This document shows, piece after piece, positions 28,759 to 43,213 of a stretch of DNA of 64,000 bases (the first letter of the stretch is position 1; each line of letters begins with the position of its first letter). The position numbers and the translations under genes are program-made. Under the pieces are notes generated by a model. The model saw nothing but the letters and a program-made list of their open reading frames with translations. It was not told where the DNA came from and ran no database searches. The DNA comes from the human T2T-CHM13v2.0 reference genome, Homo sapiens: the NCBI RefSeq assembly GCF_009914755.1, contig NC_060931.1. One strand, written 5' to 3'.

Positions 28759-28929
28759 TAATCTCAGAAGTGATATCTCATCACTTTTGCCATATTCTGT
28801 TGGTTAGAAGTTCCTGCTCCCACCCACACTGAAGGCGAAGGTTGTGAACAGCAGGAGGTGGGAATCACAGGGGTGAGCTTAGAGTCAACCCTCCTAATCT
28901 CTTTTGACTTCTAGTAGGTGATCTTATAG

Positions 28930-29235
28930 AAGTTTTTATTCAGCTAAAAACCACAAGTCTTTTTTTATGCAGCTTGCTGCATGCCACCTGTTCCCATCTT
29001 GAACGATCAATTAATAGAATCTAAGTACTGGACTTTATGTTTATAGCTATCACATTTTCCTGGTGTTAGGTTCAGCCAGTTGTTCATGCCTTATTAAATA
29101 TTTTTGAATCCTGGTTCAGCCATCAGAATACTACACATCCCTTCTATTTCACGTCATCTGAAAAATGTAAGACATCCCTTCTGTCTTCCTTCAAGTAACT
29201 GATAAAAATCCTGAAGAGGATGATACCTAACATTA
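28930..29235 (-). mobile_element. L3/CR1 LINE fragment
   Basis: gtcatctgaaaaatgtaagacatcccttctgtcttccttcaagtaactgataaaaat resembles the reversed CR1 RT region (FADD). Confidence 0.65.
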
Positions 29236-30184
29236 TACAGAATATACATGTACACCTGCATCACATGTCTTATAGACATACACGTATGTATGTGCATGTG
29301 TATGTGTGCGCGCGCATGTGTGTGTTGAATGTGAGGGAGAGAGAGCATGAAAAAAACCTCATTCTGATACTCAAAACCTCCTTCTAGGGTGTGGTCAGGT
29401 GGATATGAATTGTTTAACAACATCTGAGCCACATTTCTCAGCCAGCTTCTCCTAGAAGCAGATAGTATAGCTCTTCAAAGCATGGTCTCTCTAGTCACAC
29501 CAACCTGATACAGGATTCCAGCTGCCCCACTTTCTAGCTGTGCAACCTTGAACAACCAGTTTGTCAGTAAACTGGTTATAAACCTGATATTGCACACATG
29601 ATATCAATAAAGGATAGCTTATTTTCTTGATGCCTGGCTAAAATCGACATATGCTGGAAGAGCAAAGGTTACTGCCCAGACGCTCTTCTCTGAATTCAGG
29701 ATGTTGACAAGTTTTGTTTGACCCATCTTATTTAGTTTTTGTTTTAAATTTGAATTAAGTAATTTTTTGTAGAAATTTGAATTAGGTCATAGGATTAAGG
29801 TACTTTCACAGGAAATCCAGGTATTCTCCAGTTCCCTTAGTGAAATGAAAGCTACAGCAATACTGGGGTCCTGCACTGTGCATGGCAGCCTCTGGCAGAA
29901 GCTGAGCAGTCGCTGCTCTCTGTGGACAGGGCCTTGTCACATTCAGTCCTGCCTTCTTTCTCCCCAGCCCTCTCCCTCAGTCACCTGCCTGACTGCTTCT
30001 AGAAGAATTTTAATTTGCATTACCATTCTGCTCCAGGAAGGTAGAGTAAGGTAGGAGGAAAAGCAGAAATCTTGAAACTGAAGACGACTCTCTTCTACTT
30101 TTTAAAAAGGTTAGTTTAACATGACTTTTTATTTAATGAAGTCATGATAATTTGTCATTTACAAGGATCCTTCAGGTCTATATA

Positions 30185-30540
30185 GTTAATTAAACAAATA
30201 TGTAAGGAGTGCCTACTTTATGTACTTTGATAAAAGGAATATAAAGTAAACAAAAATTTTAAAAAAGACATGACCTCTTTACTTATTAACACTTAGAGTC
30301 CAATGAAAGAAATAGACGTTTATCAAATTTTCACAGAAATAAATGTAAAGTTTCAACTGTGACAATTTTTACTAAGAAGCCTACAGTGCTATAATGGTAT
30401 ATTATGGTGATTGTGCCCCAATATGCAGGGGCTTGTCCTGAGAAAAGGATGTTTCAACTCAGAGATGAAAAATGAATCAGGAACTAATCAGGTGGAATGG
30501 GCACAGATGTCCAGGCTTTGGAAATACACGTGTAAAGGCC
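30185..30540 (-). mobile_element. L2 fragment
   Basis: aacaaatatgtaaggagtgcctactt...gtaaaggcct. Confidence 0.55.
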
Positions 30541-30541
30541 T

Positions 30542-30880
30542 TGTATCCACACCTAAATCTCATCTTGAATTGTAACTCCCACAATTCCCACGTGTCATGG
30601 GAGGAACCCAGTGGGAGGTGATGGAATTATGGGGGTGGGTAATATTTCTCGTAATAGTGAATGAGTCCCATGACATCTGATGGTTTAAAAAATGGGAGTT
30701 TCCCTACACAAGCTCTCTCTTTGCCGGCCACCATCCATATAAGATGTTACTTGCTCCTCCTTGCCTTCCGCCATGATTGTGAGACCTCCCCAGCCATGTG
30801 GAACTGTAAGTCCATTAAACCTCTTTTTCTTTCCAGTCTTGGGTATGTATTTATTAGCAGCATGAAAATGGACTAATACA
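30542..30880 (+). mobile_element. THE1A/B solo LTR, 5'-clipped
   Basis: aaatctcatcttgaattgtaactcccacaattcccacgtg...ATTAAA...GGACTAATACA. Confidence 0.9.
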
Positions 30881-31694
30881 GGGGTGTTCCCAGAAGACAA
30901 CACCAGATCACTTAGAGTTGGCACACACACATGCATACCTCTGTATCTTTACACACACTCTCTTCTGTCTGGAGTGTCCTTCTCCTACTCATTTGCTTGA
31001 CAAGCGCCCAGTCACTTTTGAAGTCTCAGTTTTAAGGCTTCATTTTCTTCAAGCTGTCCCTTCACCTCTTTTCCTGGGCCCCCACCGCGCTCATTACACC
31101 CCTCATTGAGCAGCCTTGTCATGCTGACTTTCTGTTTCACATGCTTGTCTCTTTGTCTCTCTCTCCAGACTGAGCAACTCCAAGGCAGACACTTTTTAAA
31201 AAAATCGTTTATCTTCTACACATAGGAAAGGGGTGGTCATGTTGTCATCACTCAGTACATTTCTGTTTATTACATGGATGGGAAAACATAATTAACAGTT
31301 GAACAACATGTATATAGTATAAAATGAAAAAGATACATAAGGATGGCCAGTGAAAAACGTGGGTCCCCTCCACCTCTGATTTCCAGCCACCCATTCCCCT
31401 TTCCAGAGACCACTGCTGTTACTAGTTTATTTGTTTGTTTATTTTTTAGGGATATCCTTTGCCTACTCTAGAAGTTATCTACATAGAGAAAATGAATATT
31501 TGATTCAAGTATGCAATTGGCATTTTTTAAGATTTCCATGCCAAAATTTGCTCTCTTTGGTCATTTCCATCTGTCCTTGGCCACTCTTATAATTTCCTCT
31601 TACTTGCATCTTTCCCCTTCCCCTTAATATACTCCATCCTTTCAACCTCTGCTTTTTCTATCACTGTACCCTCCTCTTAAAAAATTTCCTTCTT

Positions 31695-31980
31695 GGCCGG
31701 GTGCGGTGGCTCACACCCGTAGTCCTAGAACTTTGGGAGACTGAGGCAGGTGGATCACTTGAGCCCAGGAGTACAAACCTGGGCAACACAGTGGGACCCC
31801 ATCTCTATAAAAAATAAAAAATTTAGTAGAATAGGGTGGAGTGTGCCTGTCATCCCAGCTACTCGAGAGGCTGAGATGGGAGGATCACTTGAGCCTGGGA
31901 GATTGAGGCTGCAGTGAGCCATGGTCACACCACTGTTCAGCCTGGACAACAGAATGAAATCCTATCTCGAAAAATAAAAC
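31695..31980 (+). mobile_element. AluJ element
   Basis: GGATCACTTGAGCCC and GAGGCTGCAG J-type features; flanked by AATT(T)CCTTCT repeats. Confidence 0.9.
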
Positions 31981-33199
31981 AATTCCTTCTCACCATCACC
32001 CATGAGGCCACTGGATCCTGAAACCTTTCTCCTCGCCTTCCACCTGCCCTGTCTGCAGCACATTCGTTGTACTGTCGGGGGCAGTGCAAGCTCCAGGTGG
32101 CTCCTCTGCATTTCCACCTGATTATCGTTTTTCCAGGTGGAGAGTGCACAGTCAGGATCAGAATTAGGCGGTTCTGCTTTCTCTCTCTGGCTCTTCTGGG
32201 AACTTCATACCATCTGTTCCAGAGCAGGGTGTATAATATTGCAGCTGAGTTCTGCTGAGCCACTTCACAGGTTTCTTTTAGGACTTCTCACTAAGGAGCT
32301 AGAAAAAAATCTTCCAGATCCGAAAGTAGTACAGCTGTGAAGCAATCATTATTTTAGAGATGTTATATGTGTGGACTTTCAGAGTTGCAGCTTAAAAATA
32401 ATCAGTTATTAGGTTGTTCTGAAGTCCCTTAGAATCCACAGCTGAGTCCATTTAAAATCCACATCGCCACTGTAGTCCTGCCCCTAAAACTTAAAGCCTT
32501 GAAGTGGGAATCTGGTGCTTCCCATATCATTTCATTAGGACACAACTTGTGTGAGCCAGTTTTGTGTCCCATAGGCCAGAATTCCTCTGTGCTGTAGTCT
32601 TTGTTAGAGACCTCTCGGTCCCCTTGACCCAGGAAGAACCGTTAGCAGGTCTTGTTGTACTTAAATCACAGGTGTTCAGGGAAAAGCCCATGGACTCCTG
32701 TTGAGCAGCTCTGAGGCCTGTGCAAAAGCAAAGACTAGAAAGTGAGAGAATTGGTGGAACTAGTGATAGTTTAGAAAGATAAGTAAATATTTCTGACAAA
32801 CACTAGTTTGTTAGAGTTACTCTGAGCTCTAGAAGTTTAGAATTTGCTTTTCTCCTGTTATTTGGAGTAGATATTTTCACAGCGAGGCCCTCTTTTTCTC
32901 AGTATCTTCTCTGCCCGACAGAGGCTGACATAACGGGCAGAACCTGGGCCACACCTGCCAGGGCAGAGGCACACCTGGAGGAGTGAGTATGGGGCCATCA
33001 TTACCTCTTAGTTCCTCAGGGTCAGGGGTGTAGACCTCCACGGATAAGATGAGCTTGTCCTTTTTTTTTTTTTTTTTAACAGATGTTAAATAGTCTAAGA
33101 AATCACAGAAAAGACTTCTGGCAACTGTATATTTCTGAACAGAGGGACGTGAGACCATTTTGTAGCTTGCATTTTGGCATTTGCTATTTGTTACCATAT

Positions 33200-34450
33200 G
33201 TGTGCTGAAGAGTTCCAAATGTTTTTCTCCCTCTGAAATTCCTCTCCCAAGATTCAGACCTGTATTTCCAGCTGCCCAATCTTGACCTGCAGGCATTTCT
33301 AACATTTAATAGATCCAGAATGAAACTCATTGCCCTCAGCCCCCAAACTTGCTTTATGTCTGGCATTCTTGATTTCAGCTAATAACTTCTTCCCTATATA
33401 AGTGGATTTTAAACAGCAGAATATACATTTTACATCATGACTCACTATGCACACACACAAAGATGTAACTTGAACAACAGTTTCATAAAACAATATGTAT
33501 CTTTACATTTATGTTGCCCTCTGATATCTTCTCTTGAATTCCATCTTTTGAAAAGTGCCGATGTCAACTCCCTTGATGAATTTTACTTACAATCCCCCAA
33601 CCAGTCATGTGACTTGCAATTTGTGAAAACCTTAAACAGATATAAAATGCAGTCTCCTTGAATTCAGCGTCTGGCCTCTGCTTCCTTCCCATCCTGTAGC
33701 CCAACCTGCAGTCTAGCCACAGTGTTATCCAGACACACCATTCATTCATTCAGTCAGTCAACATTTACTGGGTGCATATCTGGTGCCGGGCACATGGTGC
33801 ACTAAGTATCCAGAGATCAACATCATCCACTCTGAGGACCACAATGCGTAGACAGATGAGTAATCTAGCAATTACCGGGTAGTGGTTAGGTTCTAAATAG
33901 AAGTTTGCATAAAGCACTCAGACATCACAAAAAGGTAGCATGTAACTTGGACCAGAGAGTCCAGAAGGTCTTTCAGGAAAAAGTGACCCTTGTACTGAAG
34001 CTACAAATAGAGGTAGGAGTTCAGCTGGCAAAATTAGGGCAGAGCGTTAGGGAAGAGAATTCACTATGAGAAGACACGGGGGCTGAGCATCGTGTTAATT
34101 TGGAGAGCTGAAAGTGTTCTGATATAAGCCTCTCCTTATAACCGTATACTCTACTGTCACTCCCACCCTTTCTTTACTTGGCAAACCATGACTCAGTGTT
34201 CCCTCTCCCACTAAACCACCCTCTCCCGGTAGCATTTCTCCCTGCACCCAGGGAGACTCAAGCCTCCCTTCTTTAGGCTCTGACCTCACTCTCCCATACC
34301 ATCAGCTTTGTTTTGTTGAAGGCCATTCATCACCACCCCTGTTCATCTGCATCACTAGACCAGGAGCACTTCAAGGCAGAGTCCAAGTCCTTACATCTTC
34401 TGTGAGGAGTACAATAAGTGTTAGCCAAATAAAGAGCTGAACCAATAAAA
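33200..34450. mobile_element. Cluster of L2 fragments in both orientations
   Basis: cagacctgtatttccagctgcc (plus) and ttcattcattcagtcagtcaacatttactgggtgc (minus). Confidence 0.55.
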
Positions 34451-35904
34451 GAAACAGGAGATGGACAAGCCACAGACACAAGTTTAGGGTAAATCTGCTT
34501 AAATGGATGTGTAGAAGACTTTTCAGTATATCACAGATGGAAAGGGGCTTCAAGTGTCATGAACCTGCTTATTTACAGAGCTGGGGACCACATTTTAAGT
34601 GTTCGTGGCACCTCAGTTGCAATTTTCTTTTTGTTTCATTTGCAAAAGATAATTTTTGACTTTTAGAAAACATTCTTTTTCTTCTAACTTAAATGTGTCT
34701 TGTTAATGGAACTTGTTAGTGAATTAATAGAAATGAAAATCTGGCATCAGAGACCATACATACTCTCCTTAGTGCACAGGTAGCCAGTCATTGCTAATCA
34801 TACATTAAACCCAAACAATTTTTTCCAAAATGGCTTTTACAGGAAGCAAAATTAATTTTTAATTATTCTTTTCCTTTGCCCACTTTCTGCCCACTTTGCC
34901 TTTTCTGTGTAAATGGTTCAGGGTTGTAAGCAGGACAGTTTGAGGTCTGGAATCTCAATAGTTAAGCCTATAATTGAAAAAGAAAAGTCTAATGTATTTG
35001 TTTCTTTCCTGGTAATTTTTATGGTATGACCATAATATATCATAATCACTTTGAAACAGAACACTGGATATGGATGAGGATAATGCCTACAAAAAAGTTT
35101 TGCTAACGCAAGCATTGTAGAAACAGAGGCAGCCAGGAAAACAATTGTACTTTATTAGGAGCAAGAGAACAGGGCTCAGATTCTGGCTGGACTTTTCATT
35201 GTTTATAAAACTTCCATAGGGTCTGTTTTCACATGTGACAGATTGGCTGTGTTCAAATTGTGCTTTTGAGCTGACATTTCCTCCCTTTGTTGCTAAAGTT
35301 TAGTACTGTTGAACTCCTTTGTCCTTGATGCAAATTTTAGTGAGAACAAAGTGGAGCATTTCCAGATTAGCTGTATGTGCTGCCTGCAAACTTAATTGTC
35401 TCCTCTTGAAATAATGGTTGGAATTATTGAAAAGAAAGGGAGAAATGCCTTTTGCAGACACTGTTATCATAATCGTTTATGTCAGAGACAATGCTTTTGT
35501 CTCTTTTCTCATGTTACAACTCTTCAGCCCTCTTGCCTGCCTCCTTCCCCTTCGTCATCCAGCCCATCAATAATGTGACCTAGTTTGTGTAGATCTATCT
35601 ATTGATGTTAGTATTAATTAGTGCTGGAAAAAGTAACCAAGTATGAGTCTTAAAAGAATTTTTATTTTCTCATTTGTTGATGCTGGATTCATGTTTCAGC
35701 CAGGAACATAAATACATGTATTTAATCCTGATTCACCAGAGTAGGAAGCAGGGAGTTTGGCACTTACTGTATATGTGCCACTCTGACATCACTGCCATGT
35801 CACCCACTAGTAAATAAATGCATGAACAATTTGAGCCCTGTATTACCTTATTGCCTAGTAGTGCCTACAAATCCTCGGTTAAAGTGAATATGCTTCATTT
35901 CCTC

Positions 35905-36567
35905 TGTTGACAAAGAGTCAAACTCTGTAAAATATTTGAGGAGATTTATTCTGAGCCAAATATAAGTGACCAATGGCCCATGACACAGCCCTCAGGAGAT
36001 CTTGAGAACATGTGCCCAAGGTTGTCAGGCTGCAGCTGGGTTTTATGCATTTTAGCGAAACATGCGACATCAATCAATACATGTAAGATGTATATTGGTT
36101 CAGTCCAGAAAGGCAGGACAACTGGACGTGGGAGCTTCTAGGTCATAGGTGGATTCAAGGATTTTCTGATTGGCAATTGCTTGGAAGAGTTATTACCTAA
36201 AGACCTGGAATCAATAGAAAGGAATGTCTGGGTTACCAAAAGGGGTTACCAAAAGGGTGGAGACCAAGGCTTTATCATGCGGATGAAGCCTCCAGGTAGC
36301 AGGCTTCAGAGACAATAGAATGTAAATGTTTCTTACATTTACAGACTTACAAAGTCTGTCCTATCAGTCTTAAGGCCTGTGTTGATGTTTCTGCTGGTCA
36401 GCTGTGCCTAAATTCCAGAAAGGAGGCAGGTATAATGAGGTATGTCCAGCTCCCCTTCCCCATCATGGCCTGAGCTGGTTTTTCAGGTTAACTTGAGAAT
36501 GCCTTTGGCTGAGAGGAGGGGTCCGTTCAGATGGTTGAAGGGCTTATAATTTTATTTTTGGTTTACA
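35905..36567 (-). mobile_element. MER4A-like ERV1 solo LTR
   Basis: TG...CA termini; the reverse strand begins TGTAAACCAAAAATAAAATT. Perfect 4-bp TSD CCTC at 35901 and 36568. Confidence 0.9.
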
Positions 36568-36799
36568 CCTCTCATAATATCTAGTGGTCCTTCTTCTCCT
36601 CTGCTGGTTTCCAGCTTTATCTCTTGCCCTTTCTAACCTGTTTGTCTATCCATTTATCCAATATAGTTGGAATGACACCATCTGGCACTCCCTTGAACAT
36701 ACAGTCCCTGTGGAAGAAGTGGGCAGTCTGAATTTTCCCACATGGCTGGAGCCTCCCTGATCCGAACAGACCCAGTTTTCTGCGGGTTCTTTGAGTAAT

Positions 36800-36995
36800 A
36801 CCTAATACTGACATAGTGCTATGTGCCAGGTAGCGTTCTCCACACAATTGAGGTAGATGCTGTTAACACCCTCCAGTTTACAGATGAGGAAATTGGAGCT
36901 CAGTGGGGTTATTTCTCAGCCCAAGCTTACATGGCTGGTAAATAGGGGAGCAAGGATTTGAACTCAAGGTGTCTTCAGAGCCTGGCCTCTTAACC
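36800..36995 (-). mobile_element. MIR
   Basis: tttacagatgaggaaattggagctcag...ggatttgaactcaagg. Confidence 0.8.
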
Positions 36996-39900
36996 CTGAA
37001 TCTCCCCTTTCTAGGTTCTTAACCCTGAAACTCTGTTCTCAGTCAGTGATTTGCCATGATCACTGAGTGTAAGAGCCATAGATCATGGAACAGAATGTTC
37101 CAATGGAATGTGCCCAGTTACATGTGAGCTGAAATTGCCCATTAGTTCCTTTCCCCAGATCAAACATTGTAGTGATAGAAAAATAGATGGAGAAAGAAGG
37201 TAGACATATGGATAGAAAAAGGAAAACATGTAGAAAGAACATTATTTTGGCAAAAGGAAACTGTAAATCACGTAATTACAGATTTTAACTGTAATGAGAG
37301 AATTTGAGCATTCTAAGCTGTCGACCCTGCCTCTTTGAAACATTATGATGCTCAGACAGAGGATGTGGGGTAGAAATGGAAGAATTGTTGGAACTGTTAA
37401 ATGATGAGACATGTGATACTGGAGTGAAAGACAAAAGCTCATGAAAGAATCATGAGGGACACATACAAACTTCATTCAGCAGCATGAAGATGACAGCTCA
37501 TTGTTTGATTCCTTAGCCTACTTATTAAGTTTGGACTTGATAAAATATAGCAGATTTAACTTGTCTTACCACATTCAGCTGTATTTGTTATAACACAGAG
37601 ATTCATCTTGGGTGGCTCTTTAGCTGGGTTTGTTTTTACTGAAATAAAATCTCTGGCATACGATAATGGAAAAAAAAATACCAGAGTTTCATAATATGTA
37701 GTGTACTATTTTTCTACACTTGAGAATTTTGAGTGCTTTGGAAATAATAAGGCTGTTTCCACAATCTCCTACTCTCCACTAGGTTCTTGGAACACCAAAT
37801 GAGGACACATGGCCTGGAGTTCATTCTTTACCACATTTTAAGCCAGGTATGTTTCATTAATTACAGATGACTAGGTGCTTCCTATATGCAAAAGGTGAGT
37901 ATATAAATGTTCCCTCTCAAGCAATATACCACCTTGAAAAATTCTGGTTACTTTTGCCATTGTGTACTTTGTCTATTAATGGAATTGTCCTTTTATTTTC
38001 ACAAATTATTTGTCTGTGAAGACAGAGTTAAAGACATCCCTGATGATTTTCACCATATATACTTTATTTTATTTGACTGGTTGATCTTGCAGTAACCATT
38101 AATTTCATCATCAGTTAGACTAGCATCCATGTCTATAAAAACAAAATTTAAATTGGGTTGCTGTAATCCATCTGTGTCACTTCTTGTAGTAAGTGACCAG
38201 GAAAAGTATTAAATTGTAAAAAGGAAAAATCATATTTTTATTTTTTTACAAAACTAGTAAATATATGGTCTATAATTTGAGTTTAAACATGTAAGATGCT
38301 CTGAATGTTCTATTGTACAGCATTCAATATGTTTTCATGTAAAATATTTAAACCTGAACACTGAAAAATCTGAAAGAAATGTGAACTTTTAAAGTAAGTT
38401 GTCCTTTTTTTTCACCAGTAGGTGTCAGGCGTGAAACTTTGTTTTAATAATTACACTTAACAGATGAATCTCAAATATGGTCTGATTTTTATAAGAGAAG
38501 GGAAAGGTTTGGAATTGAAAATTTAATAAAATCAGTAGAATGAATTATTGTAAAATGATTCTCTTGCTGGTTGTTGTGTTTTTTTTTCTTTTCTCAGTTA
38601 TAAAACATGGCTTACAAAATGCAGACCCACCATAAAATTACTGAAAGGGATTTTATAGACGCTCTAATAGTCTATTATCCTATGAGGGAAAAGAGCTATG
38701 AATAATATCTGTTAGAGGAGCCAAGTGTATTATTTTGCTTCTCTTCCCCTCTTTTGGGGAACCATCAGGAATAAATTATCAGTTCCAAAGAATGACTGAG
38801 TTGGGAAACTATTTTTACTCTTAATATTTTTCTTCTGAAAGTGCGCAGTGTGTTCAGAATTCTTTTATCTTCTTCAGCTGCCCTAAAGACTCTTTGTACT
38901 TTTACTGGAAATTCTAAATAACTTCTATGTTCTGAAAGACTATAGAAACCTAACAATTTTAAATGGACTGACTTTCTTTTTTAAGCAACTAAGAGGCATC
39001 CTCTAACTGATCCACGTGTTCTTAATGGAGTGAAGAACACAGTTCCTTATAAACGATCCAATTGTGGGCTCTTAAAGAAGGTTAACTTCCCTGTGTTAGG
39101 ACCTAAAATTTATGTCCTAGGCAAATGAAACAGGAGACTTTAAAAAGATTTGAAATGAATAAAGTTAGATGCAAAAAGGAACAATTAAGGTGAAATCATT
39201 TGGCCAGCCTAGTTTCTGGATTAGAAAACATGGAGTAATTTATGTGTTTTGGTGGGAATAGAATTTATCTTCATCAACAACATACAAAAGCATTTATTAG
39301 TTGTATTTTGGAAAGTACGAGGATGTGGTACCCATTAAGCTAACAGATTGTGAACTTCATGACACCAGGGACTGTTCATTGTACATATGTGGTGTTCAAT
39401 AAATGTGTGTTGCACTTGATCGTATTGAATGTTAAAACAGACATTATGTATGTGACTCCTCTGGTGGGCATATACAAACTAGAATATTTATGTTTAAGTT
39501 ATTAACATTATGTGTAAGCCCCACAACAGACACATAATGCATAGAAGGTAATGGGGAAACAGAAAAGTAACATATGAAGATGGTGGAAAGCATGGGTGGT
39601 GATGAGCAAGATGGTTATTCCAGGCAAAGCTCAGGGCTGTGAACCACAGCACATAAGTGTTTCCTGAGTTTGCTTGAGAGGAGTCAAGAGGAGACACAAC
39701 AACAGACTGAGTCAAAGGAAACAAATTTCCAAGTCCTTCCAAGCAGCACTTACCAGACCATCCAGGGGAGCCCCAGTCCCTGACCTCATAGATCTCATAG
39801 TCCTGGGGAAGAAAATATACAAGCCCAAAAAGGAAAATATCAGTGCTAGGGTCCGCCTGTCCCAACTCCACTCTCCAGCTCCTTGATTTACCCCGAAGTG

Positions 39901-40149
39901 TGCCCTAGAGAATCTGGAAAAGGTAATCTGAGACATAAGGACAAACTTTGTTTAATTTTCTAATAGATAATAAATTTAAGCAATTAAAAATATCAAGCAA
40001 TAGGAACAAGGAGCGTAGTGCAGAGCCACCTCCCCTCTGCCAACTTCCCCTGAACCACTGACCCCACCACAGGCCCTCAGCATATTCTTATATTTCTTTC
40101 CTTTATGTAAATGTAAGAAATTAATATTAATTTTTAGTTTTCTCATATT

Positions 40150-41105
<956 letters not shown>

Positions 41106-41284
41106 ATGAAAACTTTTGCTTCTTTGAGATTTGAAAAATGATCCTTTCTAATTTTTAAGCAATTTTGAAAATAATCCTTGTCTTATGCTCTCTTGTCTTC
41201 CTTGACTTGCCTAACTGAATAAGTTTTGCCTTGAAAAGAAAAGCCCATGGTGTTTTTAGAATAGTGGAGTTATGATTTAAAAAC

Positions 41285-41408
41285 AAAAAATAGAGACAAA
41301 GTCTTGTTATTTTGGCCAGGCCAGTCTTGAACTCTTGATCTCAAGTGATTCTCCTACCTCAGCCTCCTAAAGTGCTGGGATTACAGGTATGAACCACTGT
41401 GCCTGACC
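41285..41408 (-). mobile_element. Alu monomer (FLAM-like)
   Basis: Single left-arm-type monomer. Confidence 0.8.
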
Positions 41409-41639
41409 ACAATTTTTTTAAAGACCAATTTCTGTTATAGGTGTATGTACAAATTCATATATGTGTATCTGTGTAAGAAAAACCAGTTTGGGTTTTCAAA
41501 TGTATTGCTTTATGGCTATGATCTAGGCCATGAATAAATCTCTTGGTTTTAACATATGCTAACCTAATTTCCCAGTAGTTATTTTTTAAATAACTTATTT
41601 TTTAGTTAATGTCTATGAAATAAGTTAAATACACTTATT

Positions 41640-42225
41640 ATTTCAGCAATATTTCCTGAGCACCACTTATATGTCTAGGGACTGGAGATGTTGCATTGAA
41701 CAAAAAGCAAATGATCCTTACAGGGAGAGACATATAGTAAGTGAAATATATCATATATTGGGTGGTGATAAGTACTGTGGAGGAAAATAGAGCAAGAAAC
41801 TGGTTCAGGAAGTTCTGAGAAAGGGGAGGGGGTGATTTACAGTTTAAATAGGGTAATCAAGGAAGGCCTCCCTGAAAAGAAGACATTTGACTGAAGAATA
41901 TGAGAGACAGAGCCAAGAAGATATTTGAGGGAAGAACTCTTCAGGCAGAGACAAGAGCAAGTACCAATGCCCTGAATGGGGAGGAGTGGAGGGCTGATAA
42001 TGAAGTCATAGACGACGTGGGGCCTTGAGGGATACCCTGAGTCCTTTACCATTGATCTGAGTGAGATAGAAAGCTCTAGAAGATTTTGAACAAGGCAGCA
42101 CAGGAGCTGGTTTATGTTTTAGTAAGACCACCCCAGCTATTATACTGAGAATTGGGGGCCAGAGAAGAAGCAGGGGGACCCCTTAGGAGGCTATAACAGG
42201 AATCCAGGGGAGAGGCGATGAAATG
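41640..42225 (-). mobile_element. L2 fragment
   Basis: caatatttcctgagcaccactta...ggaaggcctccctgaaaagaagacatttga...ttaggaggctat. Confidence 0.8.
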
Positions 42226-42532
42226 TACTGTGAATAAAATGACCTCCCTTTTTCAGTTCCTATGATTATCCCAGAACTCAACATGGTTTTCCCTTGGAAA
42301 AAAAAAATATATAACAAAAATGGAGAAACATTTTTAAAATAATTATTGAAATAGTGAAAGAACAATTAGTTAAAAACTGAACTTTATTCTTTACTATATA
42401 ACCTGTATATCTTCTTCTGTGCTTACACAAAACTTAAGCTCAGCATATTCCCATAGCAACCAGGCAACTACAACAGGTCACAATGGTATTATATATTATA
42501 AAGTATGTGCATGTTACATACAATAAGGAGTC

Positions 42533-43213
42533 TGTGTAAGTCTCATTTGTGTTGCTATAAAGGAATTCATGAGACTAAGTAATTTACAAAGAAAAGAGAT
42601 TCAGTTGGCTCCAGGATCTGCAGGCTGTACAAGAAGCATGACACCAGCATCTGCTTCTGGTGGGGGCCTCAAGAAGCTTCCAATCAGGAGAAGGTGAAGG
42701 GGGAGCATGCATGTCACATGGTAAAAGAGGGAGCGAAAGAGAAGAGAGGACTTCCCTAAAGTTAGTGTCAGAGGTGAAAGTAGATCCCATGTCTCCGTGG
42801 GTCTTAGTTGAGTGTGCTTTTGCTTTTACTTTTGTTTTCCAGCCTCCATTATGAAATAGCATTCTACTGAATGTGCATCACAATTTCTCATTGTCCTTCT
42901 AAAGAACAGTTTACTGGCAATTAGACTATTTTAAAAAGCAGAAAAGTAGAGAAGATCTGATCTCTGGGAAAATATGTACAGTAATACACACAAATATTAA
43001 AATATTACACCAATACAAGGCTCTTTTTAACAACCAGATCTCTCACCTGAATTAATAGAGCAAGAACTCACTCATTATCCTGGAGAAGACACTGAGTTAT
43101 TCATGAGGGATCTGCCCCTATGACCCAAACACTTCCCACCAGGCCTCACCTCCAACATTGGGGATCACATTTCAACATGAGATTTGGAAGGGACAGACAT
43201 CCAAACTATATCA
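42533..43213 (-). mobile_element. MSTB-like MaLR solo LTR carrying a foreign ~270-bp insert
   Basis: TGTG...AAACTATATCA termini; perfect 5-bp TSD GAGTC at 42528 and 43214. Confidence 0.9.
42750..43016 (+). repeat. Dispersed duplicate of 44140-44390
   Basis: Collinear match of roughly 90% by eye (e.g. cattatgaaatagcattctactgaatgtg and caattagactattttaaaaagcag occur in both copies). Confidence 0.95.

Noticed and set aside
29554-29577. Perfect 9-bp hairpin AACCAGTTT-6nt-AAACTGGTT
   Set aside because: Too short for a miRNA or MITE, and of a size expected by chance.
32877-33305. 142-aa minus-strand ORF, the longest non-L1 ORF
   Set aside because: Non-ATG start, crosses a poly-A run and L2-like sequence, no recognisable domain; the length is compatible with chance.
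38415-38427. CTCF-like CCAGTAGGTGTCA
   Set aside because: Single imperfect match, expected by chance in 64 kb; it would need ChIP evidence.
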